64,000 nucleotides of DNA from a virus: IMG/VR virus record IMGVR_UViG_3300017605_000140, positions 1 through 64,000 of that record; one strand, given 5' to 3'. The notes under the pieces are model-generated. The model was not told where the DNA came from. It saw nothing but the letters and a program-made list of their open reading frames with translations, and ran no database searches. Below are positions 46,110-56,788 of the stretch, piece by piece; within the stretch, counting starts at the first letter, position 1, and each line of letters begins with the position of its first letter. The position numbers and the translations under genes were made by a program.

Positions 46110-46315
46110 CCCTCTTCCTCCTCATCAGGAAACATCTCATTAAAACAGGTTCCACAAGTTTGGGATATCATAAGCTCCCGCTGATCATCCGTCAAATACG
46201 GAAAAGCATCCTGAGCGTAAGTACCATCTAGCCATGAAGTATAATCCTCACGACCTATATTAAAAGTATAAGTTACCTTGCATGTTTGACAGATGACAAA
46301 AAATTCTTCCCGCAT
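46106..46315 (-). CDS. small Zn-binding protein
   Basis: AGGAGG SD; CQTC...QDAFPYL..DQRELMIS.TCGTC. Confidence 0.8.
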   Translation of the reverse strand: MREEFFVICQTCKVTYTFNIGREDYTSWLDGTYAQDAFPYLTDDQRELMISQTCGTCFNEMFPDEEEEG

Positions 46316-46347
46316 AATTCCTCCTTGTTGTTGTGCTGATGAGGAGA

Positions 46348-46377
46348 ACACTACCCCTCTCTGGTCAACCCTGTCAA
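46348..46377 (-). promoter_or_regulatory. promoter heading the replication block
   Basis: TTGACA(GGG)-N18-TAGTGT. Confidence 0.75.
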
Positions 46378-46635
46378 CTAGGGAGGCGGAGGTATGTTGG
46401 ACCGGCGTTTGGTAGACTGGGGTGCGGTACGTACAGAGACTACCAGCATCTGTATAAGCATAATAACCCCAGTAATCCCTAACACATATCTATAAGGTTC
46501 CGGAATTATCCAGGATAAATAACTGATACTAGGTACTATACCCAGATGAACCAGCCAATCAGGAGCTTGGTTTATCCGGTTTCTTATAAATTCCCAAGCC
46601 CATAATGTGATAAATACAGAAACAATGAAATGCAT
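46378..46635 (-). CDS. small membrane protein
   Basis: GAGGGAG SD before MHFIV; hydrophobic segments. Confidence 0.65.
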   Translation of the reverse strand: MHFIVSVFITLWAWEFIRNRINQAPDWLVHLGIVPSISYLSWIIPEPYRYVLGITGVIMLIQMLVVSVRTAPQSTKRRSNIPPPP

Positions 46636-46674
46636 GAAACTCCCTCGTTGTTGGAAGTTCCACTCTACCACACC

Positions 46675-46703
46675 TTGACAGATCGTGGTACCTTTGGTAT
46701 ACT
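46675..46703 (+). promoter_or_regulatory. near-consensus promoter antisense to tail genes
   Basis: TTGACA-N17-TATACT. Confidence 0.65.
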
Positions 46704-46718
46704 TTCTTTTATAAAGAA

Positions 46719-46755
46719 AAGAAGAGATATATAGATTATCTATATATCTCTTCTT
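46719..46755. repeat. AT-rich perfect palindrome (18-bp arms)
   Basis: AAGAAGAGATATATAGAT-T-ATCTATATATCTCTTCTT flanked by direct repeats TATACTTTCTTTT. Confidence 0.85.
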
Positions 46756-46768
46756 TATATACTTTCTT

Positions 46769-49168
46769 TTATTTTATAGGTAAAGCAAATTCTAATTTAT
46801 AGTATTCTCCTACAGGTAATACAGATTTTATAGAATTATTTAAATTAAATAATTTATCTGCATACTTTTTATAATAGTAAGATCTACACATATTAGGAGT
46901 TCCACCAAATTCCCAGTGGTAATCAGGAGAAGCAAAACCACCATCAAAGTATCCGCTATACATATCTGTTTCTTCTACAAGAATAGAGTCTATCCAGAAA
47001 GAATAAGGAGCATGAGAGATATCTGTGAACTTGGTAAAGAAATAAAAATTGTAATCCTGTAACCCTGTTGGAGGAACAGTATAAGTAGTCTGTACTCTAA
47101 CCCAATTACCATCTATATTCTCTGGATTAGAGGCTTTTGTAGTATTTGCACTTATACCTTGTACACCCAAAAAGTTACCGTCATAGAAGTTCATATATAC
47201 ATCTGGACAGTTAGGACCCTGCATAATCCAGGCACTTATAGTGTAAGTATGTCCCGACTTAAGTCCTTGTACTATAGGATAGGAACCGCCACTTATCTGA
47301 AAATTGTTGGAAGCACCTAACATGGCGTTAGACGTACCAGTAAAGGTACCGCTAGGTGCTGCAACAGAAACACGCATAGATCCCGTGGATTTATATCCAA
47401 TAGCACCGTCCCAAGACATTGTTACTGGATTAGGAGTACCAGAAGTTCCTGTGTTAGTCTGGAACCATTGGTCAGTTCCTGTGTTAAAGCCACTATTGAT
47501 AGCGTAGTTAACACGATCAGCTTTCACATTTATATTAGCTGTTTTTGGATGATTGTATTCTGTATAAACTTCAGTACCATACAATGAAGCACCAGTTATT
47601 GAATGGTTGCTAGTGTACACTACTTCCCCGGTAAAACCTCCCGGAGTATTTACTACTGGAACTACTGCTGCCCATACAGCGTCATTAGGTACCGCAATTT
47701 CATATACATTACCTATTTGCCAAACATTGCCACCAGGATGTGTGTTCTTGTTAGTAATAGGATTCTGAAGATAAGTACTTTCAGAAAGTATATTATAATC
47801 CTCATCATAAAAAATAAAACTAGCGAACCAACTGGTGTTAGCTCTAGAAGTAGATAAGTACACACTTCCGAATAGATTCTCCGCTGCTGCAAAAGTGTAT
47901 TTTACTGGCATGAGAGCAGAGAATTGTGGAAGGATAAAATATCCAGAAGTTCCATCACCTAAGGTAGTGACAGAAGAATTACTGACAATCTTACCTGAAT
48001 ACTGACCAGTCAACGCTAAATCCGTACTTTTAATTACTGAGGTAACCCCTATTCCTGGTGAATAACAGCAGATATCTGAATAGATGGATGCAGTAAGAGA
48101 AAGTCGGTTGTTAAGACCAGAAGTTTCTTCTACTTGAGCATTAGTAAATATATTCTGGCTTCCGTCAGGAACATTACTTACCCGGTATTGAACGTCTGCA
48201 TAGGTGGCAGGTTGCCAATAAGTTCCATCTCTGTAAGCCATGGGAACAGTCTGTGGGAATGAATCGTTAGACCAATCCGCCATAGAAATAACGGTAGCTC
48301 CCATAAAATCAACATTGGCAGCGCTATTCCATGACGTGGTAATCAAAGGGTCTACTGCTCGTATAGTAGCCGGGACAAAAGAAAAATCAGTAAGTCCACC
48401 TTCGGGAAGAGTGGATATAGCTCCGAAATTTGCACGTATATTAGTTTCCGCATTTATACTAGCAGACAAAGCATTAGGATCACTTAAGTTAACTTGACCA
48501 TTGGAGGCTGTAGTAGCACTAGCCCTACCAGATAAAGCTAAGGTATTTCCCGGTAAATTTATGTTAGATATGAAAGCTTTATTCCCTGGAGAATCAAAAC
48601 CTGTAAACCCTGAGAAAAAAGTGACAACTACAGAAGAAGCATCCCAGGTATAGGGAACACTTCCTAGTTCTGTCCAGGTAAATCCGTCTGGTGAAGTATC
48701 AAAACGAAATACTAAACGGTTATCATTACGTATTCTCCAGTAAGCATGCGATACAGAATTATAGATCGGTAATGCTGGGCTCGCTAATGTTATATTCCGG
48801 TTGTCAGATACATACGCTTTAAATTGTCCAGCCGGACCGATAGACATTTCTACATAATTATGTTCGTCTTGTTTGATAACTAATGCTGTTTGTACTGAAT
48901 CTCCACCAATTAAGGCAGGAGTAATTTTAGCAAAGAAAGAGCTGTATTCAATAGTGTAAAGAGAAGCACCTACATAGCTGGGAGTAGAGGTTGCTTCTAC
49001 AAAAGTGAGCCCGGTAGCTGGATCAATTCCAAAACTTCCACTGTTAGTATTCCACTGTGGATTAAGTAGTTCAGAGCTTCCTCCGTAACCCCCGTCGCCA
49101 AACCCAAAAGCACCAAAGCCGTCAGGGAGAAAAATATCCGTAAGTGTGTTGATATTAGGATTTGCCAT
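46769..49168 (-). CDS. minor tail / baseplate protein with carbohydrate-binding-like domains
   Basis: RVNYAINSGF, GYFDG, beta-rich; in baseplate module. Confidence 0.75.
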   Translation of the reverse strand: MANPNINTLTDIFLPDGFGAFGFGDGGYGGSSELLNPQWNTNSGSFGIDPATGLTFVEATSTPSYVGASLYTIEYSSFFAKITPALIGGDSVQTALVIKQDEHNYVEMSIGPAGQFKAYVSDNRNITLASPALPIYNSVSHAYWRIRNDNRLVFRFDTSPDGFTWTELGSVPYTWDASSVVVTFFSGFTGFDSPGNKAFISNINLPGNTLALSGRASATTASNGQVNLSDPNALSASINAETNIRANFGAISTLPEGGLTDFSFVPATIRAVDPLITTSWNSAANVDFMGATVISMADWSNDSFPQTVPMAYRDGTYWQPATYADVQYRVSNVPDGSQNIFTNAQVEETSGLNNRLSLTASIYSDICCYSPGIGVTSVIKSTDLALTGQYSGKIVSNSSVTTLGDGTSGYFILPQFSALMPVKYTFAAAENLFGSVYLSTSRANTSWFASFIFYDEDYNILSESTYLQNPITNKNTHPGGNVWQIGNVYEIAVPNDAVWAAVVPVVNTPGGFTGEVVYTSNHSITGASLYGTEVYTEYNHPKTANINVKADRVNYAINSGFNTGTDQWFQTNTGTSGTPNPVTMSWDGAIGYKSTGSMRVSVAAPSGTFTGTSNAMLGASNNFQISGGSYPIVQGLKSGHTYTISAWIMQGPNCPDVYMNFYDGNFLGVQGISANTTKASNPENIDGNWVRVQTTYTVPPTGLQDYNFYFFTKFTDISHAPYSFWIDSILVEETDMYSGYFDGGFASPDYHWEFGGTPNMCRSYYYKKYADKLFNLNNSIKSVLPVGEYYKLEFALPIK

Positions 49169-51562
49169 TTATAGTGCTCCAGTTGCTGAGTATTTTTGTA
49201 TAAGACCAACTTTTCCAGCACCTGAAGTACCTGGTCCTGTTCCTGATGACAACGCTAAACGTGTGAGATTTCCATCACCAGTACGCGCATACTTATAAAC
49301 AGTTATATTAGTTTCAGCATCTACCACAATACGATCTCCATTAGACAAGCGTGTCCAAGAAGACAATAACGAGTCTACTCCAGCCGTAACTTTACGTAAA
49401 CTTGTTCTAGTAACATAATAGAAATTATTAGCGTTTATCCACGCAAAAACTACTCCATGAGTTTTATGCGCTGAGTCTGCATAATCAGTAGAAAAAGTCA
49501 CGCATACACGGCCGTTAGGTACGTCTGGATCAATTAACGCATATACATAAGTGGTAGTTCCCGCTAGCGTCTGATTAACAGATGCCATGCCATAACTACT
49601 TCTCCACAGATTAGCTGTCCCAGGAGTAGCTACCCAATTGCCACTGATAATAGTTCCATCTGTCTGTGCATTAGCTAAACTAGACTCAGAGGTACCGTTA
49701 AGATTAGTATAGTCATTTACAAAGCGCGCAGTGAAACCTTCTGATCCAGCATTATATCCTGTGTAGTCTATAGCAGTATTATTTATCAAATTCCCTAATT
49801 TATCGTAGAAATATACCAATGATTCCGCATTCGCGGCATTAACATTATTAGAAAGTCTTGACCAGAATCCTGAAGATACTACAGTTTTCTGTGCGGGTGA
49901 TATAAAAGCCCAGGAAGAGTTTGAAGAATAAAAACCTGAAGGTGCCATATTCACATTATCAAGTACAGATACATACACTATCCCTAGGTACTGGACTTGT
50001 TGTCCAGAAGAATACTGTTCAGCCGGATTCCAGTACGGTATCTGTGGAATAACTATACCGTCTTTAATAATATTTGGTCTGTCGGAAGTAGTGTAATAAA
50101 AGGGCTGCCAGAATGTTTGGTTACGCCCGGGAGTAATAGCGCCATAAGGTGTTCCTGGTCCTGATGGTTTTACTGCTCTGTAGTAGTAACCATCTGTATA
50201 TAAAACATTATTGTTGATAACGTAGTTTACTGCCGCAGAATAATTAGGAGTAACTATAGGAGCAGTTGAATCAAGATTCCATACCCCAGTTCCTATATTA
50301 TTTGTCTGCGTTATACTTAGCGCATGCCAATTGTGCACAGAACTATCTGTAGGGTGAGGTAATCCAGATACTGTGCCACCAGCGGCAGCAGTAGTCCCAG
50401 ATATTCCAGCGACACCCCAGGAAGATATTTGTGATGTTGCTGGATTTCTATAAGTAACCGAATTAAGCGCTCCTGAAATTAGGGTCCACCAGGTATTACT
50501 GCTAGTTGTCCCAGATGGAGCCTGTGAAAGACCTGAAGTTTGCACATTAGCGCGATAGTCATAACCGTTATACTGCACTAAATCTGGTGGACCTATGCTG
50601 TTAAAGTAAGTAGAAAATTGACTCCACTGGTCAAGCACAGGATGAACAAAAGCAGTTTGATCAGCAGTATTGTACATATTAGAACTATAAGTAATCTCGG
50701 AATCCCAACCAGTTAACTCAGCTATAAGATTATGAATACTCTGAGATTGGCCTTTCATTCTATAGTTTACTGTTGCATTTTTTATTCTTTGACGACGTTG
50801 TTGAGGTGTTGACAGATAATTAGTAGCTATACCTAGTTGCTGACCCAGCATATCTAAATTAGCAGCAGATACAGTATCAGGGTTGTTATTCTGTAAGTAG
50901 CTATCATAACTAGCTTTCGCTGTATCCAAGCCAAAACCGAATACTGACAGATAATGCTGAAGTGCTGGATTATCTATGGAGGCGCTATTAAAAGTATCCG
51001 ACGTAGAGATCTTATAAGGTTGTGGTGTTCTGTCATACAGCATAAAGCCATAACCCTGATCTCCCAGGGCAAGAGTGGCAGTATTACCTGCCGGTAACCA
51101 GGTAGGGACATAATTAGTAGATGCCCAAAAGGATGATCCAGCAGTGGGAGTATGATTCAGATTAGAATTTTGAGTACTCGACCAGTACATACCGTTATAA
51201 AGTACTTGGCTGTTAGCCAAATAAGCAGTACTTGAGTTCCAGTCAGGCGCCTCTAAGGTAATAAACATAGAGTAGTAATAGATAGTGCCAGGAATTAAAT
51301 TGGTGTCTGCATAAGTGCGAGACATAGTGGATGGAGTAATTTCCTGTATTAAAATACCTTCTTCTGCCGTTGTAGGAAATCCGTACACACTTCGTACAAG
51401 GTGCATTAATTTCCAGGCAGTGACATTAGGAGATGCCCACGTTAAAGATATTTCACTATAGTTACTTTGCGAAGCTACAAAAGGAGAGACACTGTAATCT
51501 TCTTGCTGTGAGTATCCATAGGTATCTACACCATAAATATCTATTCCAAAACCCTTGCTCAT
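49169..51562 (-). CDS. baseplate wedge (gpI-like) / tail protein with CBM5/12-like repeats
   Basis: LDMLGQQLG...YRMKG...LTGW core; four (W/Y)xxxxxY...V.Y.G..Y...W repeats. Confidence 0.8.
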   Translation of the reverse strand: MSKGFGIDIYGVDTYGYSQQEDYSVSPFVASQSNYSEISLTWASPNVTAWKLMHLVRSVYGFPTTAEEGILIQEITPSTMSRTYADTNLIPGTIYYYSMFITLEAPDWNSSTAYLANSQVLYNGMYWSSTQNSNLNHTPTAGSSFWASTNYVPTWLPAGNTATLALGDQGYGFMLYDRTPQPYKISTSDTFNSASIDNPALQHYLSVFGFGLDTAKASYDSYLQNNNPDTVSAANLDMLGQQLGIATNYLSTPQQRRQRIKNATVNYRMKGQSQSIHNLIAELTGWDSEITYSSNMYNTADQTAFVHPVLDQWSQFSTYFNSIGPPDLVQYNGYDYRANVQTSGLSQAPSGTTSSNTWWTLISGALNSVTYRNPATSQISSWGVAGISGTTAAAGGTVSGLPHPTDSSVHNWHALSITQTNNIGTGVWNLDSTAPIVTPNYSAAVNYVINNNVLYTDGYYYRAVKPSGPGTPYGAITPGRNQTFWQPFYYTTSDRPNIIKDGIVIPQIPYWNPAEQYSSGQQVQYLGIVYVSVLDNVNMAPSGFYSSNSSWAFISPAQKTVVSSGFWSRLSNNVNAANAESLVYFYDKLGNLINNTAIDYTGYNAGSEGFTARFVNDYTNLNGTSESSLANAQTDGTIISGNWVATPGTANLWRSSYGMASVNQTLAGTTTYVYALIDPDVPNGRVCVTFSTDYADSAHKTHGVVFAWINANNFYYVTRTSLRKVTAGVDSLLSSWTRLSNGDRIVVDAETNITVYKYARTGDGNLTRLALSSGTGPGTSGAGKVGLIQKYSATGAL

Positions 51563-51581
51563 TTACTCTCCTATTGTTGAA

Positions 51582-52283
51582 CTATAAACCAATTATTGTA
51601 TTTGGATTAAAAGGTAAAGCTGGTGGATCACGATGATATGTAACAGAACAAAAAGCGCTACCTACTAGAGGAGATGTGTAACAATCTTGTCGCACGTACA
51701 TTCTTACTCCTGTACCTTTTGTCCAAGGAGCGGTGAAGGACGCTGATTGGTAAGCGGCTTTCTGCCAGCCAATAGGAAAAAATCCAGCTTGCGCTACCAG
51801 GTATGGGGCGCTCCCTATGGCAGTAAGACCAATTTTTAATTCACCGTTTCTATTGAATACTGGTTGCTCGTTATCATGAGGAAGACTATCAGAACGCCAT
51901 CTCATAAAAATGTCAAAAGTGTATACTCCTGAACGTGGGCACGTTATAGTGGCTCCTCCACCCCACATTTGACTAGTATCCATAGATCGTGTTGTCCAAG
52001 TTACTGGAGCATCATCACCTGCGTAGGCAATTTCAAAATTATGAGCTGCTACGCTGACAAAAGGATTAGCAAGTCCTTGTCTTACAGAAGAAATTCTAGT
52101 ACTTACATCAGACCAAGAATAAGACCTGTTATCTATAGTTTCTTTATTAGGATTTATACCTAGTGTGTTCTGCACTGCTTGAATTTCATCATAGGATACG
52201 TTTACATCAGCAGCTTCTACAAGTTCAGTAAAGTCCTGTCTGTATGTAAATTTTTTAACAGCGGATGGATATACAGCTACCAT
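51582..52283 (-). CDS. tail/baseplate-associated protein
   Basis: MVAVYP...A.DVN...EI.AVQ.TLG.NP; module context. Confidence 0.7.
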   Translation of the reverse strand: MVAVYPSAVKKFTYRQDFTELVEAADVNVSYDEIQAVQNTLGINPNKETIDNRSYSWSDVSTRISSVRQGLANPFVSVAAHNFEIAYAGDDAPVTWTTRSMDTSQMWGGGATITCPRSGVYTFDIFMRWRSDSLPHDNEQPVFNRNGELKIGLTAIGSAPYLVAQAGFFPIGWQKAAYQSASFTAPWTKGTGVRMYVRQDCYTSPLVGSAFCSVTYHRDPPALPFNPNTIIGL

Positions 52284-52295
52284 ATTTACTCCCTA

Positions 52296-53822
52296 TCAGG
52301 TTGCCGTTACATTGATTATTATATTTCCAGCAGTAGGTAGCTCAAATACTCTCATGAGAATATCAGCAGCTCCGGATTGTATAGCGTCACTGCGGACAAA
52401 TAGTGGAATACTTACGTACTGTACTCCAGGAATATTATACAGGGCTGAATAAACTGCGCTTAATGATATTCTTCCACCAAGAGAAACATTACTTGGAGCA
52501 AATAGATTCTGTATGGCCTGTGTGGCTAAAGTTTGTATAGACAACGGACTATAACGAGAGCTGCAACCTATAATAACAGGACTGGACACAGATCCCACAT
52601 TTATAGGTACCAATGTCGCAGCAGTACAGGTTACTACTGTTCCTGCTAAGGCGAGAGGTTGCAGATACGCTGTTACAGTGTCTAGCGTAGCTTGGTTTGG
52701 CAAAGTATTTCCGGAGCCAGTTATATACACTGTTATATTAGTGTATAGATTGGCTACAGCTTTTGCTTGGGAAACAATGGGAAGTGACATGGCTAAGTTA
52801 CCAAAATCTTCTAAAGTAACCGCACGTTGCTGAGTAGTAAACGCTCTTGGAGCGTTTACGCGTATCTGGTCAATAGTCTCTGCTGCTGTGCCACCTGTTG
52901 TAGCGGATGAACCTGAAATAGTTACACCCAGTATAGGAGATGCTATATCTACTATAGAGTTAGCAGACAGATTACCTATAATTCCCCCACCTACACGGTA
53001 ATTAGCATAAATATTTAATCCTGAAGAAGGAACCGCACCATTTATATTATCTCCAAAGTGAATACTTACTACTCCGGAAGCATCAACACTTTCTGACCAA
53101 GAAAGGCTAGAAGAATTAGCTTGCTGTAAAGAATCGACTTTATTCCAGGCGAGTACAGGATCAATTCCACTGGTACCTGGAAACGCAGGGTTTTGTACAT
53201 ATACAGTTATAGAGCCACTTACTACAGGATTATTGGTTAACGAAAAAGTTTGTAAATCAGAACCATCTGAAGTACCTAAGAGTTCAGTAGTAATATCATA
53301 AGGTGCTGCTGTAGAGTTTCCTATTGTAAATACCGAAGATCCTTGTGTAGCCCCTTGAACTACTGGAACGGTTACAGTGCCACCGTTAGCAGGAACAGTA
53401 GCTGCTTGAGTCGTTTCAAATATAATGGGACCATTAATACTGGATACGTAGTTAGTAGTTACTTGGGTGGCCGCTGGAACCTCTACAGCGGGACCAGGAT
53501 TAGCACTTTGAAAAGTAGTTGTACCCGTAGAAGCTAATGCTTGTCCAGGTGTGTACCCCAGTAGAGCTGCTAACTGAATAACAGAAGATAATTGTGTAGC
53601 AGTACCTATATAGGCTTCTCCTACTATACGATCTCCATAATAAGATAGTACATCCAATTCCCTGGCTAAAGATTCCAAAAGCATAACTTCAAGACTACCA
53701 GGATTTTGGTTAGTCCATTCAGGGAATGCTGTTGTAGCAAAGGTTAACATAGAATTAATAAAACCTGTGTAATCTTTGCTCGTATAGTCTATAGCTGGTA
53801 CACCATTATTAACTACCGCCAT
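52296..53822 (-). CDS. baseplate J-like wedge protein
   Basis: IDYTSKDY, FPEWT, YRVGGG, GG...ET..I...AP...RAVTLEDF. Confidence 0.92.
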   Translation of the reverse strand: MAVVNNGVPAIDYTSKDYTGFINSMLTFATTAFPEWTNQNPGSLEVMLLESLARELDVLSYYGDRIVGEAYIGTATQLSSVIQLAALLGYTPGQALASTGTTTFQSANPGPAVEVPAATQVTTNYVSSINGPIIFETTQAATVPANGGTVTVPVVQGATQGSSVFTIGNSTAAPYDITTELLGTSDGSDLQTFSLTNNPVVSGSITVYVQNPAFPGTSGIDPVLAWNKVDSLQQANSSSLSWSESVDASGVVSIHFGDNINGAVPSSGLNIYANYRVGGGIIGNLSANSIVDIASPILGVTISGSSATTGGTAAETIDQIRVNAPRAFTTQQRAVTLEDFGNLAMSLPIVSQAKAVANLYTNITVYITGSGNTLPNQATLDTVTAYLQPLALAGTVVTCTAATLVPINVGSVSSPVIIGCSSRYSPLSIQTLATQAIQNLFAPSNVSLGGRISLSAVYSALYNIPGVQYVSIPLFVRSDAIQSGAADILMRVFELPTAGNIIINVTAT

Positions 53823-54228
53823 TAGAAGTCACCTCTGTTATCGTTCCTCCGATTTGAATGGTTACAACATCTGCTATAGCTCTAACAGTGGAAGCTTGTA
53901 GAACTGGAGCGTAATTCACCTTTACTTTTGCTACACCATTATTTGATTCATTAGTTTCAGGAGTAACAGATAAAGTTTGTATACCTGGTTCATACGTATT
54001 TAGCTGCTGTGTAACTAAACCACTTAGTTCAGTAGCTATAAATTTATTATTGGGATCAAACAATATTCGTGATAATGGTAGGCCCATTGTGGCACGCATG
54101 GCTCTCTGTCCCACTTCAGTAGATACAATTGCGTCTACCCGTTGCTGTACTTGAATACTAAGGTCAGTTTCTACAGCTACTGCACCATTTTGTAGAACAG
54201 TAAAAGGAATACTTAGTTGTGAGCCCAT
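53809..54228 (-). CDS. gp25/GPW-like baseplate wedge protein
   Basis: T.VG.R.MR..MG..L..ILF, YEP. Confidence 0.85.
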   Translation of the reverse strand: MGSQLSIPFTVLQNGAVAVETDLSIQVQQRVDAIVSTEVGQRAMRATMGLPLSRILFDPNNKFIATELSGLVTQQLNTYEPGIQTLSVTPETNESNNGVAKVKVNYAPVLQASTVRAIADVVTIQIGGTITEVTSNGGS

Positions 54229-54251
54229 AAAATTATCCCATATCGTAGTGG

Positions 54252-54482
54252 CTAAACGCTATTTGCAAAATAAAAAGGTTTGGTAATATCTCCGCCGCTA
54301 AAGCCTATCCATACTGTAGAACCAACTAAGGGTGTAGGCATTGCTGGATTAACTGGTTCAGCTTGTCTTATTTCAGCTATCCCGGCTATCTGAGGACATT
54401 GAACTCTTATTTTTCCTGAACCTGAAAGATCTGTAGTTGATGTTACTAAGGATCTATATAAAGCATCGTATCTATGTTGCAT
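54252..54482 (-). CDS. gpV/gp5 OB-fold baseplate spike N-domain
   Basis: GKIRVQCP...P.VGSTVWIGFSGGD..KP. Confidence 0.8.
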   Translation of the reverse strand: MQHRYDALYRSLVTSTTDLSGSGKIRVQCPQIAGIAEIRQAEPVNPAMPTPLVGSTVWIGFSGGDITKPFYFANSV

Positions 54483-55713
54483 ATACCGTAGCTCCCGTGT
54501 TCGAAGAACGCCAGCGTCCTCCTATTAAAGCTGCTGGAATGTTCTGTGTTATTACGGATGTATCAGAAAATGTGGTGGTATTTGCTGTGTATATTTGATC
54601 ACGCACTAACTCTACATTAGTAGCGTAAGTAACGTCTATCTGGCTACCAGTAGGGGCAGCCTTAGTTAAAGTATGTGTAGCACACTGCACTAACCATATT
54701 CCCGCATCATTCACTGGGATAGTAGTTCCTACGAGATTCACTAAAGTATTAGGACGAACTCTGGCATCTCCTCGTAGATCTGCGTTAGCAGTATTCCAGT
54801 ATAGATTTCTAAAGTAATCCCCGGTAACTTTTTGTGTAGCTTCATAATATGATTCAGCCGGTGCTTCATTATAATACTTAGTTATTGAAGGAGCTAATGG
54901 AACTGAAGAATTTTCTGAAGAAGGCGTTACTGGTTGAATAGTAGACTGTATTAATGTATTAGTATAAGGATTTAGTCCTACAATATTTCTATTAGCGACA
55001 ATTCCTCCATCAGGAGTTATAGTACCTACTACAGGAGTGAAGCTTCTTATAGTGTCCCACAACCCTGGTTGATTATATGACCAGAACTGTGGGACATTTC
55101 TTGTATTACTTTTATCCAGAATTTGCTTGGGATTAATAAAGTATAAGTCTGTGTTATCTATATAAAATCTAAAACCTATTTCTGATGCTAACTGTGAAAT
55201 AAATTTAAAGTCACTAGTATTTTGAAGTCGGTAGTCAATTGCTGATACATACTTATGGATAATACCTCTAAAACCATTCTTATTTGCTATACTACCTGCC
55301 ATAGTGGAAGGGCTTGTATGCTTCCATGCAGTGTTATTAGTGGATTGCATTACTTGAGATGTTCCAGTAATCGTATACTGAACAGTTGTAGTAACTATAT
55401 TATTATATCCGGGATCAGTACCGCTTCGTAAAAGTTTATAAGAAGCTACATACCCTAGAAAAGGAGAAATATAATGAGGTCTTTGGCCATAGTTAATTTG
55501 AACAGGTGTCTGTTCTTTTAAATACTGCCAAGTGTTACTAGCACCTGGAGTATTAGTGCCTATATTCTTCCCCACATATACTACATCAAGTAGAGCTATC
55601 GGGTGCGCATTAGTTTCCTGGATAATTTTAACACAAGGAGTGTACTGAGGTAACGGTATATTACCATTAGTAATTACTTCAAAATACGGCAAGGAGGGTG
55701 AGGAATTAAGCAT
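54472..55713 (-). CDS. baseplate hub (gpD/gp27-like)
   Basis: Q..SDFKFI..LA...G, GD..VRP, G.WLV...H. Confidence 0.8.
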   Translation of the reverse strand: MLNSSPSLPYFEVITNGNIPLPQYTPCVKIIQETNAHPIALLDVVYVGKNIGTNTPGASNTWQYLKEQTPVQINYGQRPHYISPFLGYVASYKLLRSGTDPGYNNIVTTTVQYTITGTSQVMQSTNNTAWKHTSPSTMAGSIANKNGFRGIIHKYVSAIDYRLQNTSDFKFISQLASEIGFRFYIDNTDLYFINPKQILDKSNTRNVPQFWSYNQPGLWDTIRSFTPVVGTITPDGGIVANRNIVGLNPYTNTLIQSTIQPVTPSSENSSVPLAPSITKYYNEAPAESYYEATQKVTGDYFRNLYWNTANADLRGDARVRPNTLVNLVGTTIPVNDAGIWLVQCATHTLTKAAPTGSQIDVTYATNVELVRDQIYTANTTTFSDTSVITQNIPAALIGGRWRSSNTGATVYAT

Positions 55714-55987
55714 TAGGTACTCTTATCTGAGTACCATTTTTTAATGTACTCCAAAATAATATCTCAGGATTAACATCTGCTATTCTCCACCACTGAGTTT
55801 CATCGCCATATGCTGAGTGAGCTAGATAATCTATACGGTCCCCATTTTGCCAAGTATAGGTACTTATACTATAAGTTGTTGCTTTATCTGGAGGAGAAAT
55901 TAATATAGTAGCTCGCACAGTTCCAGTAGGATCAATAATAGGAGTTACTAAATTATCTGCATAACGGCTGAACTGACTTATAGACAT
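55706..55987 (-). CDS. LysM/tail-X-like baseplate protein
   Basis: GDRIDYLA..YGD...WWRIAD.NP...G.QIRVP. Confidence 0.85.
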   Translation of the reverse strand: MSISQFSRYADNLVTPIIDPTGTVRATILISPPDKATTYSISTYTWQNGDRIDYLAHSAYGDETQWWRIADVNPEILFWSTLKNGTQIRVPNA

Positions 55988-55996
55988 AATAACTCC

Positions 55997-56788
55997 TTAA
56001 GAAAGCGGTGTCCCAATACTGCTAGCTATACTACTAGTAGCTACTTGAGACATTACAGTGAATGATACATCTACGGCACAACGTGATGGAACCATATTTG
56101 AAGCAAAATGGGTCCATGTCACATTTTGTCCGCTTATATATCCAAAGTAAGATAGTGCACCCTTGGAACTCTCTCCGAAATAAAGATTAGCTGGTACTAA
56201 TTGCATAGGTCCCTGAACAACATTAGTAACTTTAGCAGGATTTATAGCTGGAGGGGCTGCTTGTCTTTGTGTATTAGTCTGTACTTGAGTTATATTTATA
56301 CCCAATAAATTATAGAAAGCTTCCACATCAACACGTGCCCCATATGTTCCTGCTAACGTTCCCACATAACCAGAATCCCATAATTCAAAAGTACGATCAA
56401 ATAACAAAGAAAAAGAGATAGTAGTATTTAAGCTAGTAGCATATGACCCCGGGTCATCTGGTCTTCTGGCGTAAGCTGGAAGAACTCCGCTGTTTAAGTC
56501 AATAGATCTACTTTCAGAAATAGTGGAGGGATTATAGAGAAAATTAACCTTATACTGTATATTCCCACTAACCCCTCCAACACCTGCGCCAGCTACAATT
56601 ATTCCCCTGTATATATTTCCTACTTTAGAGCTAAAGTTTTTCCTAATTGTGGGATTAGTAGCAGTATTAGCTCCACCTACTGTAAGAATATTAGGATGGA
56701 ATGTTGGATTCTCAAAAACTGTTATTCCTGGTTTCCCGCTGAGTGTGGGATATATAGTACCATTTATAGGCTCAATAGGAAAAGTCAT
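55997..56788 (-). CDS. tail tube initiator-like protein
   Basis: FLYNP, FSLLFDR, THF...MVP.RC.V. Confidence 0.7.
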   Translation of the reverse strand: MTFPIEPINGTIYPTLSGKPGITVFENPTFHPNILTVGGANTATNPTIRKNFSSKVGNIYRGIIVAGAGVGGVSGNIQYKVNFLYNPSTISESRSIDLNSGVLPAYARRPDDPGSYATSLNTTISFSLLFDRTFELWDSGYVGTLAGTYGARVDVEAFYNLLGINITQVQTNTQRQAAPPAINPAKVTNVVQGPMQLVPANLYFGESSKGALSYFGYISGQNVTWTHFASNMVPSRCAVDVSFTVMSQVATSSIASSIGTPLS

